In this document: positions 9,109-18,569 of the stretch, piece by piece
Layout: every line of letters begins with the position of its first letter
Position numbering within the stretch: the first letter of the stretch is position 1
The notes under the pieces: model-generated
Databases searched by the model: none
What the model saw: the letters and a program-made list of their open reading frames with translations, nothing else
What the model was told of the DNA's origin: nothing
Made by a program: the position numbers and the translations under genes
Source of the DNA: Patescibacteria group bacterium
Lineage (GTDB): Bacteria > Patescibacteriota > Saccharimonadia > CAILAD01 > BJGX01
Assembly (NCBI GenBank): GCA_026397045.1
Contig: JAPLVO010000010.1
Span: forward strand, 15,858 to 79,857
Reading direction: 5' to 3'
Length of the DNA: 64,000 bases

Positions 9109-10857
9109 ATGAAAATCAACATGACTCGCCGTACAAATATACTATCCTTAGCGGTATTAAGCCTCCTTATACCAGGAATGTTCTTGCTCGCGAAGCCAGC
9201 TAGCGCGCAGTATAGTGGCACTAATGGCCGAATAGTATTTTTGCAGGAGCGATCAGCTGGATTACCAAATACCGTGGAGGTCTGGTCTGCTAACCCAGAT
9301 GGTAGCGCTTTGGTTCAGCTCACTAGCGATGATGAGGCCAATGGTTACCCAGGGGTCTCTAGTGATGGCACAAAGATAATTTATACAAGCTATGACGCTA
9401 CTACTTCTGGTACTTATAGAATTCGGATGATGAATATTGACGGCTCTGGCAAGGTAATATTGCAAGGTACTCAGTCGGCCCCCAATGATTATTATGGGGA
9501 GCCTAAGTTTAGCAAGGACGGCTCTAAGATTGTTTTTGTAGCAGCAGCAGTTACTGGTTTGGCTGGCAATGAAGTGTTTACCGCCAATGCCACAGTAGGT
9601 GCAACCAAAACCCAGCAAACCTCTGGCAGTTCTAGCTCCAATACATCTATGTACCCGATCTTTAATAACGCCGCAACCAATATCTACTACTCCGCCTCAA
9701 ATTCTGGTACTCCTGGCCAAACCAACATATGGAGAGTTGCAGTAACTACCTCTACAATCAATTCCCCATTCCTTTTAACGCAGATAAACTTTGGTGGTGT
9801 TCAGATATCAGCGGCACCAGATTTAAGCCCGGATAATACTAAGCTCATATTCCATAAGAATACTTTTGCCGACCCCGGCATTTATCGTCTATTTTATTTA
9901 AGCAATCCAGAAACTATATCCACTACACAAAATTCAGCGACGCTTGTCACTTTTTCTACACCCCTAGGTGCAACAGACTCTGTTGCAAATCCTATCTTTT
10001 CGCCTGACGGAAATCGAATAACCTACACCCTTTCAGATAGTACAGGATCAGGGTACCAAGTTCAGTTTGCCGATTACTCTTCAGCGAATGTAGTAACTAA
10101 TCGTAGAGCGTTGATTTTAGGCAATGACCTTACTGACCCGAACACTATATTATCATACTGGGGTGCAATGCCTGCAATTCTGAATTGGCGTGGTGATTAT
10201 TCGGCCACACTGCTTTATGCGCCCAATGATGTTGTGTTTTATAGTGGTTCTTCCTATGTTTGTGTCACTGCAAGCTGTTCTGGTAGTACACCATCTAGCA
10301 CATCTACCGATTGGGATCTTATGGCTTCGCAAGGGACCCCTGGAACCAATGGAACCAATGGAACCAATGGAACCAATGGAACCAATGGAACCAATGGAAC
10401 CAATGGAACCAATGGAACCAGCTTTACATGGCTGGGGACTTTTAGCCCCACGACAATCTATACTGCCAGGCAAACGGTATTTTATAATGGGTCTTCATAT
10501 GTTTGCGACCCTGTTTCTCCGGCAACTACATGCCCAGCGGGCACCACACCTACTACTGCAAACGGCTGGGACCTATTGGCTCAACAGGGTATTGCTGGCC
10601 CAACTGGCGTAGCTGGCCCAACTGGCCCACAGGGTGCGACGGGTGCAACAGGCGCAACAGGTTCTGCTGGTTCTGCTGGTTCGGGCAGTTCCGCATCTGG
10701 TTCATCTACCCCCGGCGCTCCCAACGCATCTGTGGCTACATTGGTCAGAACTAGCTCCCCGGTGGCGTTAGCAGGAGTCGCAGTAGCTATGGTTATTGGT
10801 CTAGCTGGGTTCTGGATTAGTATCGAGATCAAATCCTCTAGGTTGGCTAAGCGATAA
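9109..10857 (+). CDS. Surface protein: signal peptide, TolB/PD40-like propeller, two CBM5/12-like modules, collagen-like repeats, C-terminal anchor
   Basis: SSDGTKI/FSKDGSKI/SPDNTKL/FSPDGNRI repeats; two W.G....Y....V.Y.GSSYVC modules; Gly-X-Y runs; PGAPNAS + TM + SSRLAKR. Confidence 0.8.
   Translation: MKINMTRRTNILSLAVLSLLIPGMFLLAKPASAQYSGTNGRIVFLQERSAGLPNTVEVWSANPDGSALVQLTSDDEANGYPGVSSDGTKIIYTSYDATTSGTYRIRMMNIDGSGKVILQGTQSAPNDYYGEPKFSKDGSKIVFVAAAVTGLAGNEVFTANATVGATKTQQTSGSSSSNTSMYPIFNNAATNIYYSASNSGTPGQTNIWRVAVTTSTINSPFLLTQINFGGVQISAAPDLSPDNTKLIFHKNTFADPGIYRLFYLSNPETISTTQNSATLVTFSTPLGATDSVANPIFSPDGNRITYTLSDSTGSGYQVQFADYSSANVVTNRRALILGNDLTDPNTILSYWGAMPAILNWRGDYSATLLYAPNDVVFYSGSSYVCVTASCSGSTPSSTSTDWDLMASQGTPGTNGTNGTNGTNGTNGTNGTNGTNGTSFTWLGTFSPTTIYTARQTVFYNGSSYVCDPVSPATTCPAGTTPTTANGWDLLAQQGIAGPTGVAGPTGPQGATGATGATGSAGSAGSGSSASGSSTPGAPNASVATLVRTSSPVALAGVAVAMVIGLAGFWISIEIKSSRLAKR
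10342..10420 (+). repeat. Perfect 9-bp tandem repeat (GGAACCAAT)x8 plus partial copy
   Basis: Read directly; encodes (GTN)8. Confidence 0.97.
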
Positions 10858-10943
10858 TAGCCGATAAATGGCGGTATCTCGCGACCAGGCTACCCGCCCC
10901 AATTATCAAGCACTACATTAAGTTGATAGGAGACTAAAATATC

Positions 10944-11750
10944 TTGAAGGATGGCAGGATTGATCTAGCACATAGCCCCCTTTCTGGTGAGTTAAATCAA
11001 TCACAGAACAAGCCTCTGGGTGCAGGATCGCAAGGCAACCAAGTGCCAGCTGGCTCGCCATCTGAAAGCCTCGGCTCGGGCAGTGACCCGGCACCAAACA
11101 GTGATGCGGCGCTGGAAGCCGAAATATCTGCGCGCGTTAGGGCTCGCGAAGCAGACAACCAAGCCAATAATGCATTTAACCCTAGCGTGAGGCGATTTAA
11201 TAAGACCCCTAAAGCAAATAAAATCTTAAAGTATCTTCTTGCCGTGGTGATAACTATATCTATAGTTGCTAGCGCAGTGTTTGGAGCAATGTATTATATG
11301 AGTATTCGCAAGCCAACCCAGCCTGTGCCGGCAAACAACAAGCCCCAATCTGAAGAAAACTCATCACAGGATAATGCGGCAACTAATACCGATCCTAGCA
11401 AATATACTCCTGAACAGATCAAGGCAGTGTCGAAAAGCGAACTGTTTTTATCGTCCCTAAAGGCTCAAGAATACGACAAGGCCTTCGCCCAGCTGGCTCC
11501 AGAACTTAAAAAAGAGTACACCGATGGCATCGAGGGCTTTGCTAGTGACGCCAAGGGGGCAAACCTAAGCCTTATCGACGGTTGGCAGATCGCATCTGTG
11601 AGTACTAACGATTCAGGCGACCGAGTCGTGGTAAAGGGTACGCTTAGCTTTGCTCAATCCACACCTGATGGTAGTTTCGAATTCGGTTTCTACAAAGACG
11701 GCTCCGATTCTGTATTTCTTTTTCAGTGGCAGATAACCCCCGGGGCTTAG
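10944..11750 (+). CDS. Single-TM hypothetical protein
   Basis: AGGAG RBS + TTG; disordered N-terminus, TM, extracellular domain. Confidence 0.65.
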   Translation: MKDGRIDLAHSPLSGELNQSQNKPLGAGSQGNQVPAGSPSESLGSGSDPAPNSDAALEAEISARVRAREADNQANNAFNPSVRRFNKTPKANKILKYLLAVVITISIVASAVFGAMYYMSIRKPTQPVPANNKPQSEENSSQDNAATNTDPSKYTPEQIKAVSKSELFLSSLKAQEYDKAFAQLAPELKKEYTDGIEGFASDAKGANLSLIDGWQIASVSTNDSGDRVVVKGTLSFAQSTPDGSFEFGFYKDGSDSVFLFQWQITPGA

Positions 11751-11813
11751 CTAGGTACCAGCCTAAGCCAGCTTATAGACAGCAGGGTGGGCTGTGGCTT
11801 AAAATAGCAGGAT

Positions 11814-12866
11814 ATGATAATCCAAACACTGGAATTAAAAATAAGCGAATCCGTCCGTATCTTGGTTTTGAGTGATATACATTTGATGCTGCCCACTACA
11901 CCCGAGCTTGATTTGATTGAGAAATCATTAGTAGCAAGGATTGTCGACTTGTCCAAAAGCAAAGATGCGATATTAGTGCTTAACGGGGATATATTTGAGC
12001 TGTGGGAGCAGAAGGACCAAACTATCGCCGACATAATCGCTGGGTTCGAGGCCCTTGATGCTGCCATTAAGAACTTCAGTGGCGGAAGGGGGCACAGATT
12101 ACTTTACTGCGTCGGTAATCATGATGAGCTTTTGGCCACCAGCGCAAATGATAGGGCGGTACTACTAAAGCAATGGGGTGCCGAGATAGCCAGCTCCATA
12201 GAGCTCAGACAGGGCCGTAGGCTTATCAGGATTGAACACGGCCATGAGCACGACCATTACAACAAGACGAGTCCAACAGGCGTGTCTTATGGCAAGAGGC
12301 TAGTTCAGCACACCCTTCCTATGCTTCAGCTATATGCCCCAACTTTATTTAAAGGTATCGGGGATGTTGTCGGTCGTGAACTTCTCCCGAGCTATGTTTT
12401 GAGCAATCTAGTGTACGGCCTAGTTGTGCCACTGCTAGTTCCACTCGTGCTGGGGTTGTCCATGGCGGCGGCACTGTATGAGCGAGACCCCAGATATTTG
12501 TTTTCAGCATTGGCTGTGCTTGTGGCGGCATGGCTAGCGACCTTACTTTTCGACAGAGTCTTGAGGCTATTAGCAGCTAGAGTTTTTGGGGGTGGGACAC
12601 GATTCATGGATTCTATATTTGAATACCAGAAGCGTAATCGGTATGATGTTTTGATTTTAGGCCATACACATAGGGGAGCGGTCGTTAAGCGAGGCAAGTA
12701 TTACTATGCCAATAGTGGCTGTAACGATATCATTGCAATTCCCAAAAATGGCTGGCTGGGGCTTGTAAAATTTAATCGCTTTGTGCAGATGAGCGATATC
12801 AGACTTAACAATAAGCAAAAAGAGTTCGTTAAATACCACGAAGATATTATAACTTTGCTAAAATAG
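11814..12866 (+). CDS. Calcineurin-like metallophosphoesterase (LpxH-like) with internal TM hairpin
   Basis: SDIH, GDIFE, GNHD, HGH, GHTH, NSG motifs. Confidence 0.85.
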   Translation: MIIQTLELKISESVRILVLSDIHLMLPTTPELDLIEKSLVARIVDLSKSKDAILVLNGDIFELWEQKDQTIADIIAGFEALDAAIKNFSGGRGHRLLYCVGNHDELLATSANDRAVLLKQWGAEIASSIELRQGRRLIRIEHGHEHDHYNKTSPTGVSYGKRLVQHTLPMLQLYAPTLFKGIGDVVGRELLPSYVLSNLVYGLVVPLLVPLVLGLSMAAALYERDPRYLFSALAVLVAAWLATLLFDRVLRLLAARVFGGGTRFMDSIFEYQKRNRYDVLILGHTHRGAVVKRGKYYYANSGCNDIIAIPKNGWLGLVKFNRFVQMSDIRLNNKQKEFVKYHEDIITLLK

Positions 12867-12870
12867 GTGT

Positions 12871-13266
12871 ATGCGTAAGTATCTAAAATCTGGAAAAATA
12901 ATATTGTGGGCTGGCGCGATCGCCCTAGTCTATATGTTTGTGATCTTAGCGAGTGAAACCAGCCGTAACTATCAGCTTAGAAGTAAGGCCGACGAGCTAG
13001 ATTCGCAGATTTCCAGGCTTGAAGGGCAGGTTGAAGATCTTGGCTATAAAATAACATATTATAAGACCGATTCATTCCGCGAAAAACTGGCTCGGGAAAA
13101 GCTAAATGTTGCTGGAGCCGGTGAGTCGGTCGTGATTATTAAAGATGATAAGCGCGACCGAGCCGAAGATTCGAGTCAGTCCAAGATAGAACTAAAGTCC
13201 GACGAACAGGTGCTTTCCGAAAAACCCAATTACCAGCAGTGGTCGATTTTTATTTTTGATAAATAA
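12871..13266 (+). CDS. FtsB/DivIC septum formation initiator family
   Basis: TM, coiled coil, EKLAREKLN...GE motif. Confidence 0.8.
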   Translation: MRKYLKSGKIILWAGAIALVYMFVILASETSRNYQLRSKADELDSQISRLEGQVEDLGYKITYYKTDSFREKLAREKLNVAGAGESVVIIKDDKRDRAEDSSQSKIELKSDEQVLSEKPNYQQWSIFIFDK

Positions 13267-13296
13267 AATACCTCTAGATAAGTTTAGAGGTATTTT
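13265..13296. terminator. Bidirectional terminator between ftsB-like gene and tRNA-Met
   Basis: AAAATACCTCTA-N8-TAGAGGTATTTT. Confidence 0.8.
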
Positions 13297-13297
13297 A

Positions 13298-13374
13298 TGG
13301 TGGCTGGAGGAGGATTTGAACCTCCGACCTCAGGCTTATGAGTCCCGCGCTCTAACCAACTGAGCTACCCAGCC
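13298..13374 (-). tRNA. tRNA-Met (CAT, elongator)
   Basis: GGCTGGGTAGCTCAG...CTCATAA...GGTTCAAATCC...CCAGCCACCA. Confidence 0.85.
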
Positions 13375-13473
13375 TAACTACCATTGATGAAAAAATCCTA
13401 AAAAAGACTGTTTTCAAGCTGTTATTATTACATATTGACCCTGTAATTTCAAGCTAGTAGGGGGCATATCGCC

Positions 13474-13510
13474 AAAGTAAAAACCCAACGCATAGGTTGG
13501 GTTTTTACTT
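13474..13510 (-). terminator. Terminator after tRNA-fMet
   Basis: AAGTAAAAACCCAAC-N6-GTTGGGTTTTTACTT. Confidence 0.8.
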
Positions 13511-13587
13511 TGGTAGCGGGGGCAGGATTTGAACCTGCGACCTCCAGGTTATGAGCCTGACGAGCTACCAGACTGCTCTACCCCGCG
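13511..13587 (-). tRNA. Initiator tRNA-fMet (CAT)
   Basis: CGCGGGGTAGAGCAG start, unpaired 1:72, CTCATAA loop, CCA. Confidence 0.92.
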
Positions 13588-13694
13588 GCATTTTAGAGAA
13601 TGGTAATTATTTTAGCCCAAATATAGCAATTGGTCAAGCTAGTTAAGCTGGTCGGGGCGTTTATTATATTGCCCATATCCTCTACAATAGAAGC

Positions 13695-15011
13695 ATGCTA
13701 AGTAATTTACATAAACACTTGCAGGATCGTAAACTCCTACCCAAGCATAGCAAGATATTGGTAGCCGTTTCTGGTGGTGTCGATTCGGTTGTTTTACTCG
13801 ATCTTATTAACGGCCTTAGAGCAGAATATGGCTGGAAGCTGGCTGTCGCTCACTATAACCACGGCATGAGGCCTGATGCTAGCCAGGATGCCATGCTTGT
13901 AGGGGAGCTAGCCGACAAGTACGGCATTCCTTATTATATGGGCAAGTATGAATATACTAATTTCACCGAAGCCACCCTGCGCAAGTATAGGTATGAGTTC
14001 TTAGAAGAAATTCGCCGTGACTTAGCCTTTGACTATATTATCACCGCCCACCATAATAACGACTTCATAGAAACTGCAATATTTAATACCATTAGAGGCT
14101 CAGATAGGGAGGGCATGGTGGCCTTGAAGCCAAGGAGAGGCTCGATTATTAGGCCACTCCTGCCGTTTTCTAAGGCAGAGATTATAGTTTATGCCGGCCT
14201 TAAGGGCCTTAAATATCGCGAGGATAGCACCAATAGCGACCTCGGGTATAGCCGTAATTTCGTACGCAATATCCTTATCCCTCACGGTAGTATTGCGTAT
14301 CGTAATTTTCACCACAACATGAATCGCAGGCTATCTAGCCTTACGGACATTAACAGGAAGGTTAACCTTGGGCTGGGCCGAGTCGCCCGAACGCTGGTGG
14401 AATATGAAGATGATAAATCTCTGCAGATATCGGCTCAAAGGTTCGGCCAGCTACCATATTCTATCCAGAAAAGCCTACTCGTTTTCCTGGTGAAGCGACT
14501 TAGGCCTGTGCACGGTCTGTCCAGTGTTGGCGTAACCAAGGCTGTTAAATTTATAAACACATCCAAGACGGGCTCGCAAATGTCCCTGCCAGATGGCTTG
14601 CAACTAATTAATACCTATGATAAGTTTGTAATCACTTCAGATAAAAAAGACTTCTCCAGTGAAGCCGATGATAGCCTTCATATCTTCAGAACAGATAGGC
14701 CATTTCACAACAAGCTGTTTCGCCTTTCCATAAGCACTAAAGGCAGTGCAGGAACGAAGATCCCAGCGCGAAAATTATATGTTAGGTATAGGCAGGCAGG
14801 GGATAGGGTTAGGCCCATGGGCATGTCTGGCTCAAAGAAGCTCCAGGATGTTTTCGTGGATGCTAAAGTGCCTAGGCACCTGAGGGCTATTTGGCCAGTC
14901 GTCGTGACTGCTTCAAACGAAATCGTATGGGTCCCTAATGTAGTCAAGGATAGAAGATTTTTTGATGTATCAACCGATAATTATCAGTATTTAAATTGCG
15001 AGGTAGTATGA
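13695..15011 (+). CDS. tilS: tRNA(Ile)-lysidine synthetase
   Basis: AVSGGVDS PP-loop, HYNHGMR, TAHH.ND, RPLL, DSTN, RNFVR, C-terminal GSKKLQDVFVDAKVP. Confidence 0.95.
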   Translation: MLSNLHKHLQDRKLLPKHSKILVAVSGGVDSVVLLDLINGLRAEYGWKLAVAHYNHGMRPDASQDAMLVGELADKYGIPYYMGKYEYTNFTEATLRKYRYEFLEEIRRDLAFDYIITAHHNNDFIETAIFNTIRGSDREGMVALKPRRGSIIRPLLPFSKAEIIVYAGLKGLKYREDSTNSDLGYSRNFVRNILIPHGSIAYRNFHHNMNRRLSSLTDINRKVNLGLGRVARTLVEYEDDKSLQISAQRFGQLPYSIQKSLLVFLVKRLRPVHGLSSVGVTKAVKFINTSKTGSQMSLPDGLQLINTYDKFVITSDKKDFSSEADDSLHIFRTDRPFHNKLFRLSISTKGSAGTKIPARKLYVRYRQAGDRVRPMGMSGSKKLQDVFVDAKVPRHLRAIWPVVVTASNEIVWVPNVVKDRRFFDVSTDNYQYLNCEVV

Positions 15012-16873
15012 AAAAAGTTCCAAAAAATGTCTGGTATGCAGTTGCGGCTTTTGTAGTACTAGTGGTGCTTGTTTTGAGTATGGGCAATGGCTCTTTACTG
15101 ACCAAGGCCCCAGAAGAAGTGCCTTTTAGCACTGTTCTAGATGAAACCAAGCAAGACAAGGTAGAAAAAATCCAAGTATCCGGTGATGAGATAATCGTTA
15201 CACTTAAGGATGGAACAAAGCAAAAATCTTACAAGGAATCATTCAAGAGTCTTAGTGATTTTGGCGTGGACTATAACAAGGTAAAGGTAGAGGCTAAGAA
15301 CCCAGACGCAGGCGGCGGCAGATGGCTGGACGTGCTACTAGCTATTATTCCTATTGTGCTAATAGCAGGATTCTTTTATGTCATTATGCGTCAAGCTCAA
15401 GGCAGTAATAGCCAGGCTATGAGCTTTGGCAAATCTAAGGCCAGGGTATTTGGTATGGAAAAAAACAAGGTTAAGTTCAAGGATGTTGCAGGCGTACAGG
15501 AGGCCAAGCTGGAACTAGAAGAGATAGTGGAATTCTTGAAGTTTCCGGCTAAGTTCGAAGCCTTAGGGGCCAAGATACCCAAAGGGGTCCTGCTTTTCGG
15601 ACGCCCCGGCACAGGTAAGACCTTGCTGGCTCGAGCAGTAGCAGGAGAGGCCGATGTACCATTTTTTAGCATCTCTGGATCAGAGTTCGTGGAGATGTTT
15701 GTGGGTGTGGGGGCGAGTCGCGTAAGGGATCTATTTGCCCGCGCAAAAAAGAACTCCCCCTGTATTATATTTATAGACGAAATCGACGCAGTTGGTCGGC
15801 AGCGCGGAGCTGGAATGGGGGGCGGAAACGACGAAAGAGAACAGACTCTAAACCAAATCCTTGTAGAGATGGATGGGTTCGAGCAGGGCACGAATGTAAT
15901 AGTAATTGCCGCTACTAACCGACCCGATGTATTAGACCCAGCCCTACTTCGACCAGGCAGATTTGACAGGAGAGTTACCCTAGATGTGCCAGACATGAAG
16001 TCTCGGCAGGAGATTTTGGAGGTTCATACCAGGAAAAAGCCACTAGAGAAAGGCATAGATTTCAAGGAAGTTGCTCGAAAGACCCCAGGCGTATCTGGTG
16101 CTGATTTGGCTAATATAGCTAATGAGGCAGCTATATTTGCAGCTCGCTCCAACCGTAAAAAGATATCCCTAGCCGACTTCCATGAAGCAGTCGAAAAGAT
16201 AGCATTAGGGCCAGAGCGCAGAAGTCATATTTTGAGCGATAAGGAAAAGAAGGTGACTGCATATCATGAAGCTGGCCATGCACTTATTGGCTATTTGCTA
16301 CCTAACTGCCACCCAGTACATAAGGTATCTATTGTTAGTAGAGGGATGGCAGGGGGTGTAACCTGGAGTCTTCCTATTGAAGACAAGCACCTTCATTCAC
16401 TGGCTGATTTCAAGGATGATATCGCCATGTCGCTAGGTGGCCGAACAGCAGAGAAGATTGTCTTCGGCGAACAAAATATCACTACGGGAGCAGAGAGCGA
16501 TCTTAAGCACGCCAATGGTCTTGCTAGGCGTATGGTGACAGAGTATGGCATGAGTAAGTCTTTGCAGAATAGATTTTTTGGGGACGATCAAGGCTCAATG
16601 TTCATGGGCCGAGCAATGCCACAAGAGCGAGGCTACTCCGAAGATATGGCGCGAAAGATAGATAGCGAAATAGAAAAAATCATTAATGAAGCAACCAAGC
16701 TTGCCGAATCGACTATATTAAAGTACCGAAGTGAGCTAGATATTATTGCCACCACCCTGCTTAAAAAGGAAACTATTGAAGGCAAGGACTTCGATAAGTT
16801 GCTAACATCGGTTAAGAACCAAATCAAAAAAGAGACCGCAGCAACCAAAAAACCTAAGAATAAGACCACCTAA
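15008..16873 (+). CDS. ftsH: ATP-dependent zinc metalloprotease FtsH
   Basis: Two TMs, [31 protein letters not shown]; ATG 15008 overlaps tilS stop. Confidence 0.97.
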   Translation: MKKVPKNVWYAVAAFVVLVVLVLSMGNGSLLTKAPEEVPFSTVLDETKQDKVEKIQVSGDEIIVTLKDGTKQKSYKESFKSLSDFGVDYNKVKVEAKNPDAGGGRWLDVLLAIIPIVLIAGFFYVIMRQAQGSNSQAMSFGKSKARVFGMEKNKVKFKDVAGVQEAKLELEEIVEFLKFPAKFEALGAKIPKGVLLFGRPGTGKTLLARAVAGEADVPFFSISGSEFVEMFVGVGASRVRDLFARAKKNSPCIIFIDEIDAVGRQRGAGMGGGNDEREQTLNQILVEMDGFEQGTNVIVIAATNRPDVLDPALLRPGRFDRRVTLDVPDMKSRQEILEVHTRKKPLEKGIDFKEVARKTPGVSGADLANIANEAAIFAARSNRKKISLADFHEAVEKIALGPERRSHILSDKEKKVTAYHEAGHALIGYLLPNCHPVHKVSIVSRGMAGGVTWSLPIEDKHLHSLADFKDDIAMSLGGRTAEKIVFGEQNITTGAESDLKHANGLARRMVTEYGMSKSLQNRFFGDDQGSMFMGRAMPQERGYSEDMARKIDSEIEKIINEATKLAESTILKYRSELDIIATTLLKKETIEGKDFDKLLTSVKNQIKKETAATKKPKNKTT

Positions 16874-16982
16874 GGAGCTAGTAGGACTATCTCGGACAAT
16901 CTAACACAATCGAGCCAGCAAGGGGCTTGTTCGGCTATTGTAGGTTATATTGCACTCCCATCTGGTAGTATAATAAACTATC

Positions 16983-18569
16983 GTGAATAATTTATTAAAC
17001 AAAATCAACAAATCGCGGACCATGGGAATGGCCGCATTTGTTATCTCGTTTTCTTATTTTCTGAGTAGGGTCCTGGGGCTTGTCAGGGATAGATTGCTAG
17101 CTAGTAATTTTGGAGTTAGCCCGCAAACCGATGCCTATACGGCAGCCTTTAAGATCCCCGACCTCCTATTCACGCTGATCGTTTCTGGGGCCTTTGCAGT
17201 ATCCTTTATACCAGTATTTATTGGTTATCTGGAAAAAAAGCAAGAGCGAGAGGCTTGGGTGGTGGCCAACTCGGTACTAAACATACTTCTACTGACTGTG
17301 GGCTTTGCCAGCATCCTGGCCTTTATTTTCGCTAGCCCACTCGTAACACTCTTGACCCCAGGATTTGATACTTACAGGCACGATTTGACAGTTAATATTA
17401 CCAGGATGATGCTTGCAGCACCGTTGTTTTTTGTGATATCGAGTGTGTTTGGAGCAATCCAGCAATCCTATAATCGTTTCTTGATTTACGCTATGTCGAG
17501 TGTGTTTTATAATTTCGGAATAATTATCGGTATCATATTCTTTAGTAGGTTCTTTGCAGGGGAGCCGATATATGGCGTAGCGATCGGCGTGGTCGCCGGA
17601 ACCGCAATGCAGGCAGTATTACAATTTATTGGTGCATTTGGGTTAGGTTATAAATACAAGCTTACCATGCAGTATAAAAACAAGGGTGTGATTAAGATAA
17701 TTAAGCTGATGATACCAAGATCATTAGATCTTGCAATAGATCAGATCAATTGGATAGTCCAGACAGCAATAGCTTCCAACCTAGCTTCAGGCAGTTTGTC
17801 ATCATACTATTACGCCAATAACCTTAAAAATGTACCTGTGGCATTATTCGGCGCCGCAATGAGCACTGCTTTTTTCCCTTCTTTGGTAAGGGCCGCTGGG
17901 AACAAGGATAAATCTAAGCTGGCATCGGCTATTGTTAAGGACCTCAGCATCCTGATGTTTTTTGTAGTGCCATCAGCCTTTATCGCTATAGTGATGAGAG
18001 GCTACATAGTGCGCATTTTATTTGGCTTTAGCGATCAAGTCACCGCAGATACACTAGGCTTACTAGCTGGCTCAATAATTGCCACTAGTTTGTTTTTTAT
18101 GGTAGCCAGAGTGTTCTATGCTTTGGAGGACACCAAAACTCCTCTGTTCGTTAGTTTGGCATCGATTATATTAAATGTATCTATCAGTATTCCACTCTCC
18201 AGGATGTATGGGGTCGCGGGCCTTGGGCTGGCGCTATCTATAACTGGTTTTGCTGAACTAATAATATTGCTGGCGCTACTAAGGCGCAAAATAGGCGATT
18301 ATGGCCTATCTTCTATTTTTAAGTCAGCATTAAAAATAACTACAGCTTCCCTTGCTATGTCGACCCTGATGTATCTGATGGTGAGGTACTTGTTCCCGCT
18401 GAATAAATCCGATATTGGGTTCTCTCAGCTCGCACCGCAGTTTACCCTAATTTGTTTAATCGGCTTAATATTGTTTTATATTTCAGCCCGATCTCTGGGT
18501 GTTCCCGAAATACAGACCGTAACTAAGATTGTGCGTAAAAATATCAATAAGGTGGTGCATCGTGGATAA
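16983..18569 (+). CDS. murJ: Lipid II flippase MurJ
   Basis: SRVLGLVRD, DAYTAAFKIPD, FYALEDTKTP motifs; polytopic. Confidence 0.93.
   Translation: MNNLLNKINKSRTMGMAAFVISFSYFLSRVLGLVRDRLLASNFGVSPQTDAYTAAFKIPDLLFTLIVSGAFAVSFIPVFIGYLEKKQEREAWVVANSVLNILLLTVGFASILAFIFASPLVTLLTPGFDTYRHDLTVNITRMMLAAPLFFVISSVFGAIQQSYNRFLIYAMSSVFYNFGIIIGIIFFSRFFAGEPIYGVAIGVVAGTAMQAVLQFIGAFGLGYKYKLTMQYKNKGVIKIIKLMIPRSLDLAIDQINWIVQTAIASNLASGSLSSYYYANNLKNVPVALFGAAMSTAFFPSLVRAAGNKDKSKLASAIVKDLSILMFFVVPSAFIAIVMRGYIVRILFGFSDQVTADTLGLLAGSIIATSLFFMVARVFYALEDTKTPLFVSLASIILNVSISIPLSRMYGVAGLGLALSITGFAELIILLALLRRKIGDYGLSSIFKSALKITTASLAMSTLMYLMVRYLFPLNKSDIGFSQLAPQFTLICLIGLILFYISARSLGVPEIQTVTKIVRKNINKVVHRG

Noticed and set aside
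10153-10612. Alternative-frame repeat ORFs (MEP, GSI, VPL repeats)
   Set aside because: By-products of the 9-bp repeat in the collagen gene.
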